DNA of 64,000 bases from an uncultured Candidatus Saccharibacteria bacterium (GTDB taxonomy: Bacteria; Patescibacteriota; Minisyncoccia; Phycocordibacterales; CSBR16-119). The stretch spans positions 5,608 to 69,607 of the forward strand of contig CAZPVH010000003.1 in NCBI GenBank assembly GCA_964589975.1, given 5' to 3'. The number at the start of each line of letters is the position of its first letter. Within the stretch, counting starts at the first letter, position 1. The translations under genes and the position numbers were made by a program. Shown piece by piece: positions 9,740-20,002 of this stretch. The notes beneath the pieces were generated by a model. That model searched no databases, was not told the origin of the DNA, and worked only from the letters and a program-made list of their open reading frames with translations.

Positions 9740-11727
9740 TAGAGATTATCAAGTGATAAGAATGTAATTTTCGGGAATCTGGTTTTCTGGAGCACGACGT
9801 GCGCTTTAACGTCTTGCACGAATTCAATTTCCGGATTCAGGGCTTCGGCTTCGGCGATCTTTGCCTCAGCGGTTTTAAAATCTCCGCCATACATGTAAGC
9901 CAGTGCCTCCATTGCCGGAGTTAGGGGATTTTCTGGAGAGAATTCGGCGCTGCCCGCCAACAGTGCTTTGGCTTTATCGAGCCGCTCATTACCAAGGATT
10001 GTCTCGAACATATAGAGATACGCAAGATTAACACGGGCTCGATAATAATTTGGGCGCAGCTCAATATACTCCTCATATGCTTTCGCATACATTTCCATCT
10101 CCTTCAACGCCTGCGACCTACTTTCAGGGGTAAGCGGCTGATCGCTTCCAAGGCGTGCCATCACCCCCTTGATGAGAGAACCTGAACCAATCCGGAGGCT
10201 TACGAGGCTATGGCCACCTCTTATAGCGTTCTCTATCTTTGCTTCCCTTTCAGCGTTATCACGAGTTTTCATAATCTCTACAAGGTCTTGCTGGCGGCCT
10301 TTTAATGTGAATATTATTTGGGGCACAAATGCTATAAGGAATATAAGAGCGGCCGGAACTATGACCATCTTTTCGTAATTTTTGTTTGTTTCTTCTGTTA
10401 CAACCATCTCTCTCTCGATATATAGTCCGTATCCCAAAAGAACGAATATATAAAAATATGTAACTACGGTCTGGAAAGACGTTTGCATTTGGAGTATCTG
10501 AGCGCAAATCAGGACTACTAGCATTTGAGCTTGCATATCGCTTATCAGTCCCCTTTTTGATGCCCGCACAAAAGTCCGAGCAAGTAAGAAGAGCATCACG
10601 AGCCAAGCAAGGAGGCCCAAGAACCCGACTTCCACCAGAGTATCAATAAAATAATTGTGTGCACGATCGAACCAGATCTCGCCGAGATTCTCTTCAAGGA
10701 ACAGTCGATTATCAAAATTAGATTGGTATGCCAATTCAAAATTCTCCGGACCATATCCGAGTACCGGCCTGTCTTTCACGCTCTCAAAAGCACTTTCCCA
10801 AAGAATTATCCTGGCATCGCTCGAGTTAGCCGAATATTTTTCTTGAACAAAGGACCCCGGGACAAACAAGAGTCCAAGTACCACAACAATGATTCCGCCG
10901 AAAATGCCAGAAAATATTTTCATGGCATCCTTTGACTTTGAGAAACGCAGAATTACATAACGTAATAATACAAATATAACTACGATAAACGCTGTGGCGG
11001 AGCTCGCTTGAGCGTCCCCGAGCAGAAGCGCAGGTTCCGCAAAAACTTTCGCCACACCAACATCGCCGAAAAGTATCCCGGAATTTAAAATTGCAGGATG
11101 AAGAAACTGCAATGCCAAAAGCGGGTATAGCCATTTATTTTTCCCGTTTTTCTCCTGATAAGAATCCAGGATCGCAATCAATGTAACAATGATACCGATG
11201 AGAACGAATGTTCCGGCAAAGGTTGAGTTTCCAAACAAAAACCCTGGCGCAGAGAGGCCTGTTTCGCCGCCGGGTGAAAAAAATATATCGACAAACGAAA
11301 GAAAAGAATAGAAAGCTGATGAAATAACCAGAGAAAAGCCGACGAGGCGCCAGTCTTTATTTTTTAGAAGACCGGACAAAAGATATGCCATGATGACAAG
11401 CGAAATAACCAGGATAGTCCCAGTGCCACGGATTATGTCGCCGAAGAACGAGTTCTCGGCGTTTATACCCAAAAAGGCTGCCAAAATAGAGGTCCCAAGG
11501 ACAGCACATGAAGAACAAAAAAGGATATTGTCTCGGGAAGGCAAGAATGACTTTATATGGCCTTTATACATTTCATAAGCGTAGAAAACGGCAAAAATCA
11601 CGGCAGCCCCAAGAGTATAGAAGGCCTTCGCATTCATAGGGGCATAAAACATCTTGTGAGAGTTCACAAACGGAAACACAAAAATGAATATAGCGGCCAA
11701 TATTCCGACAAACTGGACTCTTTTCAT
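9739..11727 (-). CDS. O-antigen ligase-family membrane protein with C-terminal TPR-like helices
   Basis: Many TM segments; RIILW, P.LGYGPENF, DRAHNYFID..VE.G. Confidence 0.9.
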   Translation of the reverse strand: MKRVQFVGILAAIFIFVFPFVNSHKMFYAPMNAKAFYTLGAAVIFAVFYAYEMYKGHIKSFLPSRDNILFCSSCAVLGTSILAAFLGINAENSFFGDIIRGTGTILVISLVIMAYLLSGLLKNKDWRLVGFSLVISSAFYSFLSFVDIFFSPGGETGLSAPGFLFGNSTFAGTFVLIGIIVTLIAILDSYQEKNGKNKWLYPLLALQFLHPAILNSGILFGDVGVAKVFAEPALLLGDAQASSATAFIVVIFVLLRYVILRFSKSKDAMKIFSGIFGGIIVVVLGLLFVPGSFVQEKYSANSSDARIILWESAFESVKDRPVLGYGPENFELAYQSNFDNRLFLEENLGEIWFDRAHNYFIDTLVEVGFLGLLAWLVMLFLLARTFVRASKRGLISDMQAQMLVVLICAQILQMQTSFQTVVTYFYIFVLLGYGLYIEREMVVTEETNKNYEKMVIVPAALIFLIAFVPQIIFTLKGRQQDLVEIMKTRDNAEREAKIENAIRGGHSLVSLRIGSGSLIKGVMARLGSDQPLTPESRSQALKEMEMYAKAYEEYIELRPNYYRARVNLAYLYMFETILGNERLDKAKALLAGSAEFSPENPLTPAMEALAYMYGGDFKTAEAKIAEAEALNPEIEFVQDVKAHVVLQKTRFPKITFLSLDNL

Positions 11728-11744
11728 GGAAGCATTCTAGCATA

Positions 11745-11776
11745 CAAAAAACCACCCGGTAAGGGGTGGTTTTTTG
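11745..11776. terminator. Intrinsic terminator after the surface protein gene
   Basis: AAAAAACCACCC-ggtaag-GGGTGGTTTTTT. Confidence 0.85.
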
Positions 11777-11809
11777 TTGACTATTCGTCAGATTCCTTAC
11801 TAACTTGCG

Positions 11810-13759
11810 TTAGTTAAGAGCCTGAGTATCGGTCTCGAACTCGCCGAGATCGAAGTCATAAACATTCTGAGTAGCTGTATCGGAGGTTGCCCAGGATACA
11901 CCCATCAGGTTAACTTTCCAGCTTCCAGCTCCACCAAGTGATGAAGTGTTTGTTCGAGTAACCTCGAGGCTGAAGTGGCCAGTCTTGTCTTCCTTGACGA
12001 GGACACCATTTGTAACACCGTTGTCGGTGACATCAGTATTCTCTTCGAAGTCAACAATTCCTGATAGACCAGATGCTGTAGCTGTTCCACCAACTGCGGC
12101 CGTGTAAAGGACCTGGTCAGATGGGACAGTTGAGAATGAAGTAGCTGTCGTAGGGGTGTCAGTGTCAGAGACATAGACATCGCCACCGAATGCTTCAACA
12201 TCGTACTCAATTACGAATACACCAGCGTCATCGTTTGCAGAGTTTCCTGAAGAAGCTGATGTGTCAGTGCTTACAAGAGTGACTCGGATACCGATTGATC
12301 GGAGCTCAGAAGCGTCAGCAGAGACGGATCCAGTGATTTCAGAATCACCAAGCTCATCACCTGCTTCGTCTTCTGCCTCAACCAATGTTCCCTGATCAGT
12401 TTCAGTTTCACCGATAGCAAATGCTACAGTGTCACCTTCTGCAAGACCAGAGTCCGCGATTGAGAAGAAGTCAGCTTCGATAGAAGCGTCAACTGTGTCT
12501 CCAGCTGGGATAGTGAAGTCAACATCATCAAAGATGTAGTCCTCATCTGTACCTGCTGAAACGCAATCAGCGTCATCGAAACAATCGAAATCTCCTACCT
12601 CTTCACCATCAATGATGAGGGCAAGGCTAGAGATAACTCCGTCAGTGTTAGTAGCTGCGCCACCAACATCAACGTTTACGCCGAACTTCTTGATCTCGAT
12701 GTCAGAGTCGCCTTCTGCTTCAAGAGTGAAGGAGAGGACTTCTACGCCATCAGTATCTTCAGTAGCGTCAACTTCGATGATTCGAGCGTCATTGATGTCT
12801 TCATTGTCAGAAGAGATCTTGAGCTCAACATCAGCTGAAGCTGAGAATGATTCGAATGAGAATGTTCGTACTGCAGTTCCAGGATCTTCTGAGATAACTG
12901 CACCGTCCGCATCCTCGAATCGAACTGATCGGAAGTCTACTGTCCAAGTGTCGCCCTCATCGTTTGTATCAAGATTTGATACACCAGAGATTGCAACTAC
13001 CAACTCTTCTGTGTCGCCCTCGCGAACGATTGCGCCAGAGTCAAGGCTGATTGTCCTTGTCCAGTCATTGTCATCATTGAACTCATCTGCATCCATGCGA
13101 GCAACTTCCTCGCCTGCGAACCAGATAGAGACCTCAGATGCATAATCTTCGAAATCAGATGTAGCTGTACCCTCATCGAATACGAGCTTAACAGCTGCGA
13201 TTTCGAGATCAGAGCCTTCATCAGCAGTGATTTCAAGACCAGCAACTTCTACATCCTCTTCATCCTCTCCAACTTCTTCGTTCTGGAGATTAGAGATGAG
13301 CATGTATTCCTCAACTGCGCCTGCTCCACCTGTTAGAGGACCAGATGTATTACCACCTGTATTTCCACCACCTGTAGTTGTGCAGCCTGTCATAGAAGCT
13401 GAATGTATAGCAGCGCCAGTCATAGGACCAACGACACCATCAGCAGTCAAGCCTTTTGAGGCCTGGAAAGCCTGGACTTTCGCCTTGGTCATAGGACCAA
13501 AGTTTCCGTCAGCAGTAGCACCAACAACTGCCTGCATAGCCATAACCTGTGAACCCTGTGAACCAACCATCAATGTGACAGTGTGGTTGTAAGTTCCACA
13601 AGAAGATGAATTTCCAGAGAGGGCTGCGAGCTGAGCCGTAAGGTCAGCAATCAAAGCCTGGAGCTCTGCGATTGTAGCAGCCTTAGCTGTACCAGCACCA
13701 ACCAAAAGGAGGGCGGCAACAGCAAAACCTGCCAACGTATTTTTTAATGTTTTACTCAT
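11810..13759 (-). CDS. Large acidic secreted surface (S-layer-like) protein with peptidoglycan-binding-like domain
   Basis: Signal peptide ending AKA, LQALIADLTAQL coil, ADGNFGPMTKAKVQAFQ...ADGVVGP, G/T linker, D/E-rich beta-type repeats. Confidence 0.85.
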   Translation of the reverse strand: MSKTLKNTLAGFAVAALLLVGAGTAKAATIAELQALIADLTAQLAALSGNSSSCGTYNHTVTLMVGSQGSQVMAMQAVVGATADGNFGPMTKAKVQAFQASKGLTADGVVGPMTGAAIHSASMTGCTTTGGGNTGGNTSGPLTGGAGAVEEYMLISNLQNEEVGEDEEDVEVAGLEITADEGSDLEIAAVKLVFDEGTATSDFEDYASEVSIWFAGEEVARMDADEFNDDNDWTRTISLDSGAIVREGDTEELVVAISGVSNLDTNDEGDTWTVDFRSVRFEDADGAVISEDPGTAVRTFSFESFSASADVELKISSDNEDINDARIIEVDATEDTDGVEVLSFTLEAEGDSDIEIKKFGVNVDVGGAATNTDGVISSLALIIDGEEVGDFDCFDDADCVSAGTDEDYIFDDVDFTIPAGDTVDASIEADFFSIADSGLAEGDTVAFAIGETETDQGTLVEAEDEAGDELGDSEITGSVSADASELRSIGIRVTLVSTDTSASSGNSANDDAGVFVIEYDVEAFGGDVYVSDTDTPTTATSFSTVPSDQVLYTAAVGGTATASGLSGIVDFEENTDVTDNGVTNGVLVKEDKTGHFSLEVTRTNTSSLGGAGSWKVNLMGVSWATSDTATQNVYDFDLGEFETDTQALN

Positions 13760-14114
13760 TTATTAAATGATTATCGTTATTAATTTTCGGGAAGCCTTCG
13801 CCTTTTATTGACGAAGAAGTCCCGTTGCACGCCAACCGATAAATCAGCCGGCGCGGCTTGTCCAGAGCTTGCGCTCCGGATTTCGTTTTGAAGATTTTAA
13901 ACTCTTCAAAACAGACAGACTTTCTTTGACTTCCACTCTCTGCCTTGTGGACGAGAGCGGAAAACGAAAGCTTAAGATCTGCCTTGTCGACATGGCGGAC
14001 CTAAACCCTCGACAAAATAAAATTACCGAGTTTTTAAAACTCGAAAAATTTTTTTATTGTCAATGATCAAGTATCCTTGGGATTTCTCCCCGGCCAAGCA
14101 GTCTCCCGCAAGGC
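13760..14114 (-). promoter_or_regulatory. Long structured 5' leader of the surface protein gene
   Basis: Promoter TTGGCC-17-TAAAAT (14149-14121) followed by about 9 consecutive hairpins with GNRA loops and G-U pairs on the minus strand. Confidence 0.65.
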
Positions 14115-14155
14115 CCAACAATTTTACAACCACCTGACCCAGAGGCCAAATGGTT

Positions 14156-14164
14156 TGTGGATAA
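14156..14164 (-). promoter_or_regulatory. Perfect DnaA box just upstream of the -35
   Basis: TTATCCACA on the minus strand. Confidence 0.45.
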
Positions 14165-14321
14165 CCCTTTTACAGATTACCCCCAAATCATCGCATATTC
14201 TGGTAAAAAACTCAATACTGGGTTTTTTAGGAACACTGATGACTCGACACTTATGACGGCGCAAGAAAAGCCATATTACATAAGGACTATTTGACAATAA
14301 TAAAATTTAATTGCCTAAATG

Positions 14322-15149
14322 TTATACGGCGGAATAACGCGTCCAGCGCCTATCCCCGGTCTTTTTGATTTTGCCACCCTCTTTCAGGGCATTTAAATCA
14401 CGTAGAATTGTTTTAGAGCTATATTCATTGAAATAAAGCAATATATCTCGTATGGAAATATCCTTCTTTTCTTTTACCAAAGCCTCAATTTTATTCTTTC
14501 TTTCCAGCATTCGCCCGGCATCAGAAGCCTCTTCCTGGGTCGAACTTGGTTTAAAAGACATGGATGGTTTTATAAAAGACATACTTCCAGTATTATGTCT
14601 TTTATTAATGTCTTTTACAGAATCGCCCTTGAGCTCCGGCAAGGCCAGATCCTTTTCATTCACTTTGAAAAAATCACTGTTAAGAACTATATTTGAGGCC
14701 TCACCTTCCCCTATCTTCATTTCTTCCATTCGTTTAAATCCTTCTAGTCGCTGCTTATTTCGGAGATCAGATATAAAATCCACCAACGCGGTTTTAAGGA
14801 TTCCGTGATTCATATCAGAAATAAAACCAACCACGACACAAACTTCGGTTAAAGACACCAGCTCCCAGCTTTTTGAAATAATTTTACCTACGTGAAAATA
14901 CAAATCTCCGGTCAATGAATAGGTCAGAGTCCTGGTGTCTGAAAGAATAGAAAGCGACACCCTTCTAATCTGCTGTCTCATTGGATCCTCTTCGGGAATC
15001 AGGTCAGTGAGCATGTAGAGGGCAGTCGTTATCTTCTCGGCTTTTTTTGTAACAGACATGAAAACTCCCTCATTTGGAATCCTTTTTATTTTATTGGACG
15101 AGCTCACGAGTACGTCTCGTCCGTAGTCTTCTCTTTCTTTATTATTCAT
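14322..15149 (-). CDS. Four-helix-bundle plus C-terminal DeoR-like winged-HTH protein
   Basis: N-term ALYMLTDLIPEEDPMRQQIRR; C-term ISIRDI...SSKTILRDLNAL..GKIKKTGDRRWTRY. Confidence 0.75.
   Translation of the reverse strand: MNNKEREDYGRDVLVSSSNKIKRIPNEGVFMSVTKKAEKITTALYMLTDLIPEEDPMRQQIRRVSLSILSDTRTLTYSLTGDLYFHVGKIISKSWELVSLTEVCVVVGFISDMNHGILKTALVDFISDLRNKQRLEGFKRMEEMKIGEGEASNIVLNSDFFKVNEKDLALPELKGDSVKDINKRHNTGSMSFIKPSMSFKPSSTQEEASDAGRMLERKNKIEALVKEKKDISIRDILLYFNEYSSKTILRDLNALKEGGKIKKTGDRRWTRYSAV
14552..14617. repeat. Four perfect TAAAAGACAT 10-mers (2 direct, 2 inverted) inside the HTH gene
   Basis: Copies at 14552 and 14573 (+), 14595 and 14608 (-). Confidence 0.8.
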
Positions 15150-15343
15150 GTCTTATAGATGGTTTACAGGTTAATTATACACGCAGGCTAAGTCAAAGAC
15201 AAATATTTGCAAAAGAGGCTATTGTCTATTTAAAACATTTTACGGCCGCCACGTTCATAATTAAAAAATCATTGCCACATAAGGAGATTTTCACACTTTT
15301 TGCTGATAATTAAGGCTTTTCTTGTGATACAATACGCTGGTAT

Positions 15344-17776
15344 ATGGCAAAGAAAAAATTGGATAATAAAAAGAAACCGGCAAAAGATACGCTGGGTAAA
15401 TCAGAAGTTCAAGAATTCAAAAAAATCTTGGGCGTCCACATAAGCGAAGAGACGCGAAATAGCATCGTCGCGATATCCTTTTTCGTGCTAGCCATACTCT
15501 TTATTCTCTCTGGATTCAACCTGGGCGGCGTCGCCGGCAGATTCATATATAAGAACTTGGTACATATATTAGGCGTTGGCTACATTCTCTTGCCGCTAGT
15601 CCTAATTCTTCTGGGCGCATCTTCTTACAAATCTCTCCGACCATCACTCGCCATAACCCATCTAATAAGCGGACTTCTATTCTTTCTCTCGGGTCTCGGA
15701 CTCATACATATAATAAAGGCCGACGCGGCCGGTGTTGTCGGCAAATTCACTTCTTGGCCGTTTGTAAAGCTTTTCGATGTGTACCTGGCTTTTATTTTGC
15801 TTCTGGCGGTCTTCGGTATTTCAATTATCATCATGTTCGACGCTCGCCCGAGTCTTTCTCGCTTCAAGCAAAGACTTAAAGCGCTCTTTGGTTCAAAGGA
15901 AGACGAATACTATGAGGAAGCCGATGAGGCCGACGAGCCAGAAGAGGGGCCGGCACCAGAGCCTCTACCTCTTCCTGAGGAATCAGAGCCGGAAGTTCAA
16001 CGAGAAGAGCCCCCAAAGGACGCGATGGCTTTTACCGCGGCCTGGAAGTCTACTGGCAAATATGTTCCCCCTCCCCTCTCGCTCCTTCGAAAGAATGATC
16101 AGAAAGCCGTAACAGGAGACATCAAAGCTAATTCGAACATCATCAAACGAACACTCGAGAATTTTGACATCGCTGTCGAGATGGACGAAGTCACAGTTGG
16201 ACCTACCGTGACTCGTTTTGCCCTGAAACCGGCTCAGGGTGTCAGACTTTCGCGAATTACCGCCCTTTCTAACGAGCTTCGCCTCGCGCTTGCCGCTCCG
16301 TCTATCCGTATCCAGGCCCCTATCCCAGGACAGAGTCTTGTTGGCATAGAAGTGCCGAATGTAAACAAAGCGCTCGTTGACCTCCGCAGCCTCCTCTCCA
16401 CCAAAGATTTCAAAGAAAGCTCGAAGCCTCTCCTTGTGGCGCTTGGCCGTAGCGTTTCCGGCAAAGCTGAGTATGGAAATATAGGCAAAATGCCGCACCT
16501 CTTGGTAGCCGGCGCGACTGGATCCGGTAAGTCGGTGACCGTTCACACCCTCATTACAAGTCTTATATACAGGAACGGCCCGGAGGATCTTCGTTTCATT
16601 ATGATCGACCCGAAGCGCGTCGAACTCACTCTATATAACGGCATCCCTCACCTCCTTACTCCGGTTATTACGAACCCAAAGAAGGCTATCCTCTCTCTCA
16701 AGTGGGCGGTCTCTGAAATGGAACGACGCTATGACATACTCGAGAACCATGCTGTCCGTGACATTGACTCATATCACAAGAAATTTAACGAGCAGAAAAA
16801 TCCCGATGATGCTAACGCGATGGAGCGTATGCCGTTTATATTGATCTTCATCGACGAACTTGCCGATATCATGCAGAGCTATCCACGGGAACTCGAGTCC
16901 GGTATCGTCCGCCTAGCGCAGATGTCCCGAGCCGTAGGTATTCACCTTACTCTCTCGACCCAGCGCCCATCAGTCAACGTCATCACCGGCCTCATCAAGG
17001 CAAACGTTCCGACGCGTCTCGCGCTCCAGGTCGCCAGCCAGATCGACTCCAGAACCATCCTCGACGCCGCTGGCGCAGAGAAACTCCTCGGAGCCGGAGA
17101 TATGCTCTTCGCTTCCGGCGAAATGGCCCAGCCGCAGCGTATCCAGGGAGCTTTTATTTCCGAAGACGAGGTCAAGGAAGTCGCCGGATACCTCAAGAAT
17201 CGCTACAAGAATGAGCTGGCTGATGACATCAACCTTTCCGAAGGCTCAATCAGCTCAGATAAAAGTATTTTTGACAGCCAAATAGACGACGGAGACAAAG
17301 ACGAGCTTTTTGCCGAGGCCAAAGCATTGGTAATCAAAGAAAAGAAAGCTTCAACCTCATATATCCAGCGCCGCCTAAAGATCGGTTATTCTCGCGCCGC
17401 CAGAATCCTCGACGAGCTTGAACAAGCGGGTGTTGTAGGTCCAGCCAATGGCGCCAAGCCACGCGATATCCTATCTGACGGAAACGAGGTCGCGGCCCCA
17501 AGACCGGCCGCTACGGCTGTCTTTGCGTCTGTTGCTCCAGAGCCTGCCCGTATTCACACAGTCACTAGAACGCTAGACACAGAAGACGAGGAAGACCTGA
17601 CGGACGATGTAATGGAAGATGCCGACGAAACCCCTTACGAAGAAATTCCGGTCGAAGATGAAGTTGGTGGTAACGAAATTGATGAAAGTTCAGAAATACT
17701 TCCAGAAGACAAGCCGCTTGGTCGGGAAGATGACGAGAATAGCGATAATTCGTATGACGAGAACGATAAATATTAA
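15344..17776 (+). CDS. ftsK: DNA translocase FtsK/SpoIIIE
   Basis: 4TM N-term, PHLLVAGATGSGKS, IDPKRVEL, IDELAD, gamma domain STSYIQRRLKIGYSRAAR. Confidence 0.97.
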   Translation: MAKKKLDNKKKPAKDTLGKSEVQEFKKILGVHISEETRNSIVAISFFVLAILFILSGFNLGGVAGRFIYKNLVHILGVGYILLPLVLILLGASSYKSLRPSLAITHLISGLLFFLSGLGLIHIIKADAAGVVGKFTSWPFVKLFDVYLAFILLLAVFGISIIIMFDARPSLSRFKQRLKALFGSKEDEYYEEADEADEPEEGPAPEPLPLPEESEPEVQREEPPKDAMAFTAAWKSTGKYVPPPLSLLRKNDQKAVTGDIKANSNIIKRTLENFDIAVEMDEVTVGPTVTRFALKPAQGVRLSRITALSNELRLALAAPSIRIQAPIPGQSLVGIEVPNVNKALVDLRSLLSTKDFKESSKPLLVALGRSVSGKAEYGNIGKMPHLLVAGATGSGKSVTVHTLITSLIYRNGPEDLRFIMIDPKRVELTLYNGIPHLLTPVITNPKKAILSLKWAVSEMERRYDILENHAVRDIDSYHKKFNEQKNPDDANAMERMPFILIFIDELADIMQSYPRELESGIVRLAQMSRAVGIHLTLSTQRPSVNVITGLIKANVPTRLALQVASQIDSRTILDAAGAEKLLGAGDMLFASGEMAQPQRIQGAFISEDEVKEVAGYLKNRYKNELADDINLSEGSISSDKSIFDSQIDDGDKDELFAEAKALVIKEKKASTSYIQRRLKIGYSRAARILDELEQAGVVGPANGAKPRDILSDGNEVAAPRPAATAVFASVAPEPARIHTVTRTLDTEDEEDLTDDVMEDADETPYEEIPVEDEVGGNEIDESSEILPEDKPLGREDDENSDNSYDENDKY

Positions 17777-18158
17777 AAAACTCCTAAGCACCAGCCTCTT
17801 TGTGGGACTTTTCGTCTTCATCATCGGCTATTCCCTATTTCAAACCAAGGCAATAGCTAGAGGCGTTGATCTGTCAATCGATAATATCTACGATGGCCAA
17901 GTTTTTAGAGGTGAAATGCTTGCGCTTTCTGGCACAGCTGTACATGCAACTCATCTATCGGTCAATGACAAAGAAATTGTGGTAGATGAAAATAACGCCT
18001 TTTCAGAAGAATTGGTCCTCTCCGCTGGTTATAATATAATTACAGTAGAAGCGAGCGATAAATTCAATAAGCAAACCGTTAAAACTTATCGAGTTCTATA
18101 CGAAGTACCTCACGAAAACACCGGCGAAGATGTAGCAACATTACCAGATAAAGAATAA
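17754..18158 (+). CDS. Membrane-anchored Ig-like domain protein
   Basis: N-terminal TM, then LSGTA...[16 protein letters not shown]; start moved to MTRTINIKK. Confidence 0.7.
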   Translation: MTRTINIKKLLSTSLFVGLFVFIIGYSLFQTKAIARGVDLSIDNIYDGQVFRGEMLALSGTAVHATHLSVNDKEIVVDENNAFSEELVLSAGYNIITVEASDKFNKQTVKTYRVLYEVPHENTGEDVATLPDKE

Positions 18159-18162
18159 AAAT

Positions 18163-19239
18163 ATGCCACTCAAAAAGAAAAAGGCGGAAAAAGCAGAAAA
18201 GATTGTCGAGGAAAAAGACGAAGTTGTAAGCAAAGAAAGCACTGCTTCCGGAATTGAGAGCACAATCAAAGCCATCCAGACAAAATTCGGTGAAGGCTCT
18301 ATCATGAAGCTTGGCGACAGTCCGAAAGTTGGCGTAGGCGCTATTTCTACCGGATCGCTTGGTCTCGACGCCGCTCTCGGTATCGGCGGACTTCCAAAGG
18401 GTCGCATCATCGAAATATTCGGTCCGGAAAGTTCAGGTAAAACAACACTCGCCCTTCATGTCATATCCGAATCTCAAAAACGCGGCGGCATTTGTGCCTT
18501 TATCGACGCCGAGCACGCCATGGATCCTGATTACTCAAAGAAGCTCGGTGTGAAGACCGAGGAGCTCCTAATTTCCCAGCCGGATAACGGCGAGCAGGCA
18601 CTTGAAATCGCTGAGTCGCTTGTCCGATCAGGTAAGATCGACGTTATTGTCGTCGACTCCGTCGCCGCGCTCACCCCAAAGGACGAAATTGAGGGCGACA
18701 TGGGTTCGCACCAAGTTGGCAAACAAGCTCGCCTCATGTCCCAAGCCATGCGAAAACTCACTGCCCTTGTTTCCCGCACCAAGACAATCATCATTTTCAT
18801 CAACCAGATCCGCATGCAAATCGGCGTCATGTTCGGCAACCCGGAGACGACAACCGGCGGTAAAGCTCTCAAGTTCTACTCTTCCGTCCGGCTTGATATT
18901 CGCCGCATCGCTCAGATAAAGAAAGGCGAAGAGGTTGTGGGATCAAGAACAAGGGTCAAGGTGGTAAAGAATAAAGTCGCGGCTCCGTTTAAGCAAACTG
19001 AATTCGATATAATCTACGGCGAGGGTATCTCGATCGAGGGCGAACTCCTGGCGCTCGGCGAACGCATGGGGCTCATCAAGAAGTCCGGGGCGGCATACAG
19101 CTATACGCCGAAAGACGGCGACGAGGTGAAACTCGGCCGCGGCTACGACGCTACTCGCCAATTCCTCCGAGACAAAGAAAACAAAAAAGTTCGAGACACG
19201 ATACTTAAGGAAGTAACGAACGGATTAAAGGCAATCTAA
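18163..19239 (+). CDS. recA: Recombinase A
   Basis: [37 protein letters not shown]. Confidence 0.99.
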   Translation: MPLKKKKAEKAEKIVEEKDEVVSKESTASGIESTIKAIQTKFGEGSIMKLGDSPKVGVGAISTGSLGLDAALGIGGLPKGRIIEIFGPESSGKTTLALHVISESQKRGGICAFIDAEHAMDPDYSKKLGVKTEELLISQPDNGEQALEIAESLVRSGKIDVIVVDSVAALTPKDEIEGDMGSHQVGKQARLMSQAMRKLTALVSRTKTIIIFINQIRMQIGVMFGNPETTTGGKALKFYSSVRLDIRRIAQIKKGEEVVGSRTRVKVVKNKVAAPFKQTEFDIIYGEGISIEGELLALGERMGLIKKSGAAYSYTPKDGDEVKLGRGYDATRQFLRDKENKKVRDTILKEVTNGLKAI

Positions 19240-19248
19240 ATACCAAAT

Positions 19249-19282
19249 AAAAGAACCCCGCACTTAATTCGGGGTCCTTTTA
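19249..19282. terminator. Terminator between convergent recA and LOG gene
   Basis: CCCCG...CGGGG hairpin flanked by A/T runs. Confidence 0.6.
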
Positions 19283-19822
19283 TTTTATGAGTTCCAGGAG
19301 TTTATAGACTAGCTGTTCTGGGTCTTCTTCGAAGACTATCGGCACATGACTCTTTTTGCCTTCGAGAGATAGGAGCCTGACCGCCTGATCCACTTCCCAA
19401 TCGCCAGTAAGGACTCCGACTGGCTTCCCCGCACGAAGCGCAATATCAAACTCGTGAAGACCCTCCATCTTCCCACAGCCGAGGATGACTGCGTCGGCGG
19501 ACTTTGACATAAACATATTCGCGCCGGCAGGTCCAAAGCCGGTATAGATGATCACATCGCCATGGTCGGTATCAAGCCTATAGCCATCGACATGCTCTTC
19601 TCTGCTCCCAGCCGGAGAAAAATAAATAACGTCGCCTCCTGCCGCTCGCGCGCCCATGGAAGCGAACATCGGAAAGCCGTGATGCGCGCCGGTCAGGACA
19701 AAGTGACCAGTCTTGGCGATCTTTCGGCCAATACGCTTAGCCTTGTCGAGAGTGTCGAGTGGAACGTTAGCTGGCTCAATCGCGCCAGCGATACAAATTT
19801 TGTACTTCTGCTTTTTTATCAC
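19280..19822 (-). CDS. LOG/SLOG-family protein
   Basis: VLTGA..G.P, IIYTGFG, SADAVI..G...G..EF..A. Confidence 0.8.
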   Translation of the reverse strand: MIKKQKYKICIAGAIEPANVPLDTLDKAKRIGRKIAKTGHFVLTGAHHGFPMFASMGARAAGGDVIYFSPAGSREEHVDGYRLDTDHGDVIIYTGFGPAGANMFMSKSADAVILGCGKMEGLHEFDIALRAGKPVGVLTGDWEVDQAVRLLSLEGKKSHVPIVFEEDPEQLVYKLLELIK

Positions 19823-19871
19823 AATTTGATTATATCAAAGCTTTTGACGGTTAGCTGTTAGCTTCTAGTGG

Positions 19872-19902
19872 GAAAACGCCGCGCCGTAAGGCGCGGCGTT
19901 TC
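19872..19902. terminator. Intrinsic terminator
   Basis: AAACGCCGCGCC-gtaa-GGCGCGGCGTTT. Confidence 0.75.
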
Positions 19903-19914
19903 ATTCCCCTCTCC

Positions 19915-20002
19915 GCGAAGCAGAATATTTCTTTTTTGAGTCCGAGGACCTAGTGCGAAGACACGATCCCGCAGGACGAGAAAAAGAAATGTTCTGCGGA
20001 GC
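19915..20002. repeat. Structured palindromic element, copy A
   Basis: 18-bp arms around GA-GTCC-GAGGACCTA-[hairpin]-GATCCCGCA-GGAC-GA. Confidence 0.9.

Noticed and set aside
14130-14320. Replication origin
   Set aside because: Only one perfect DnaA box, no dnaA/dnaN nearby and no sustained switch in gene strand bias
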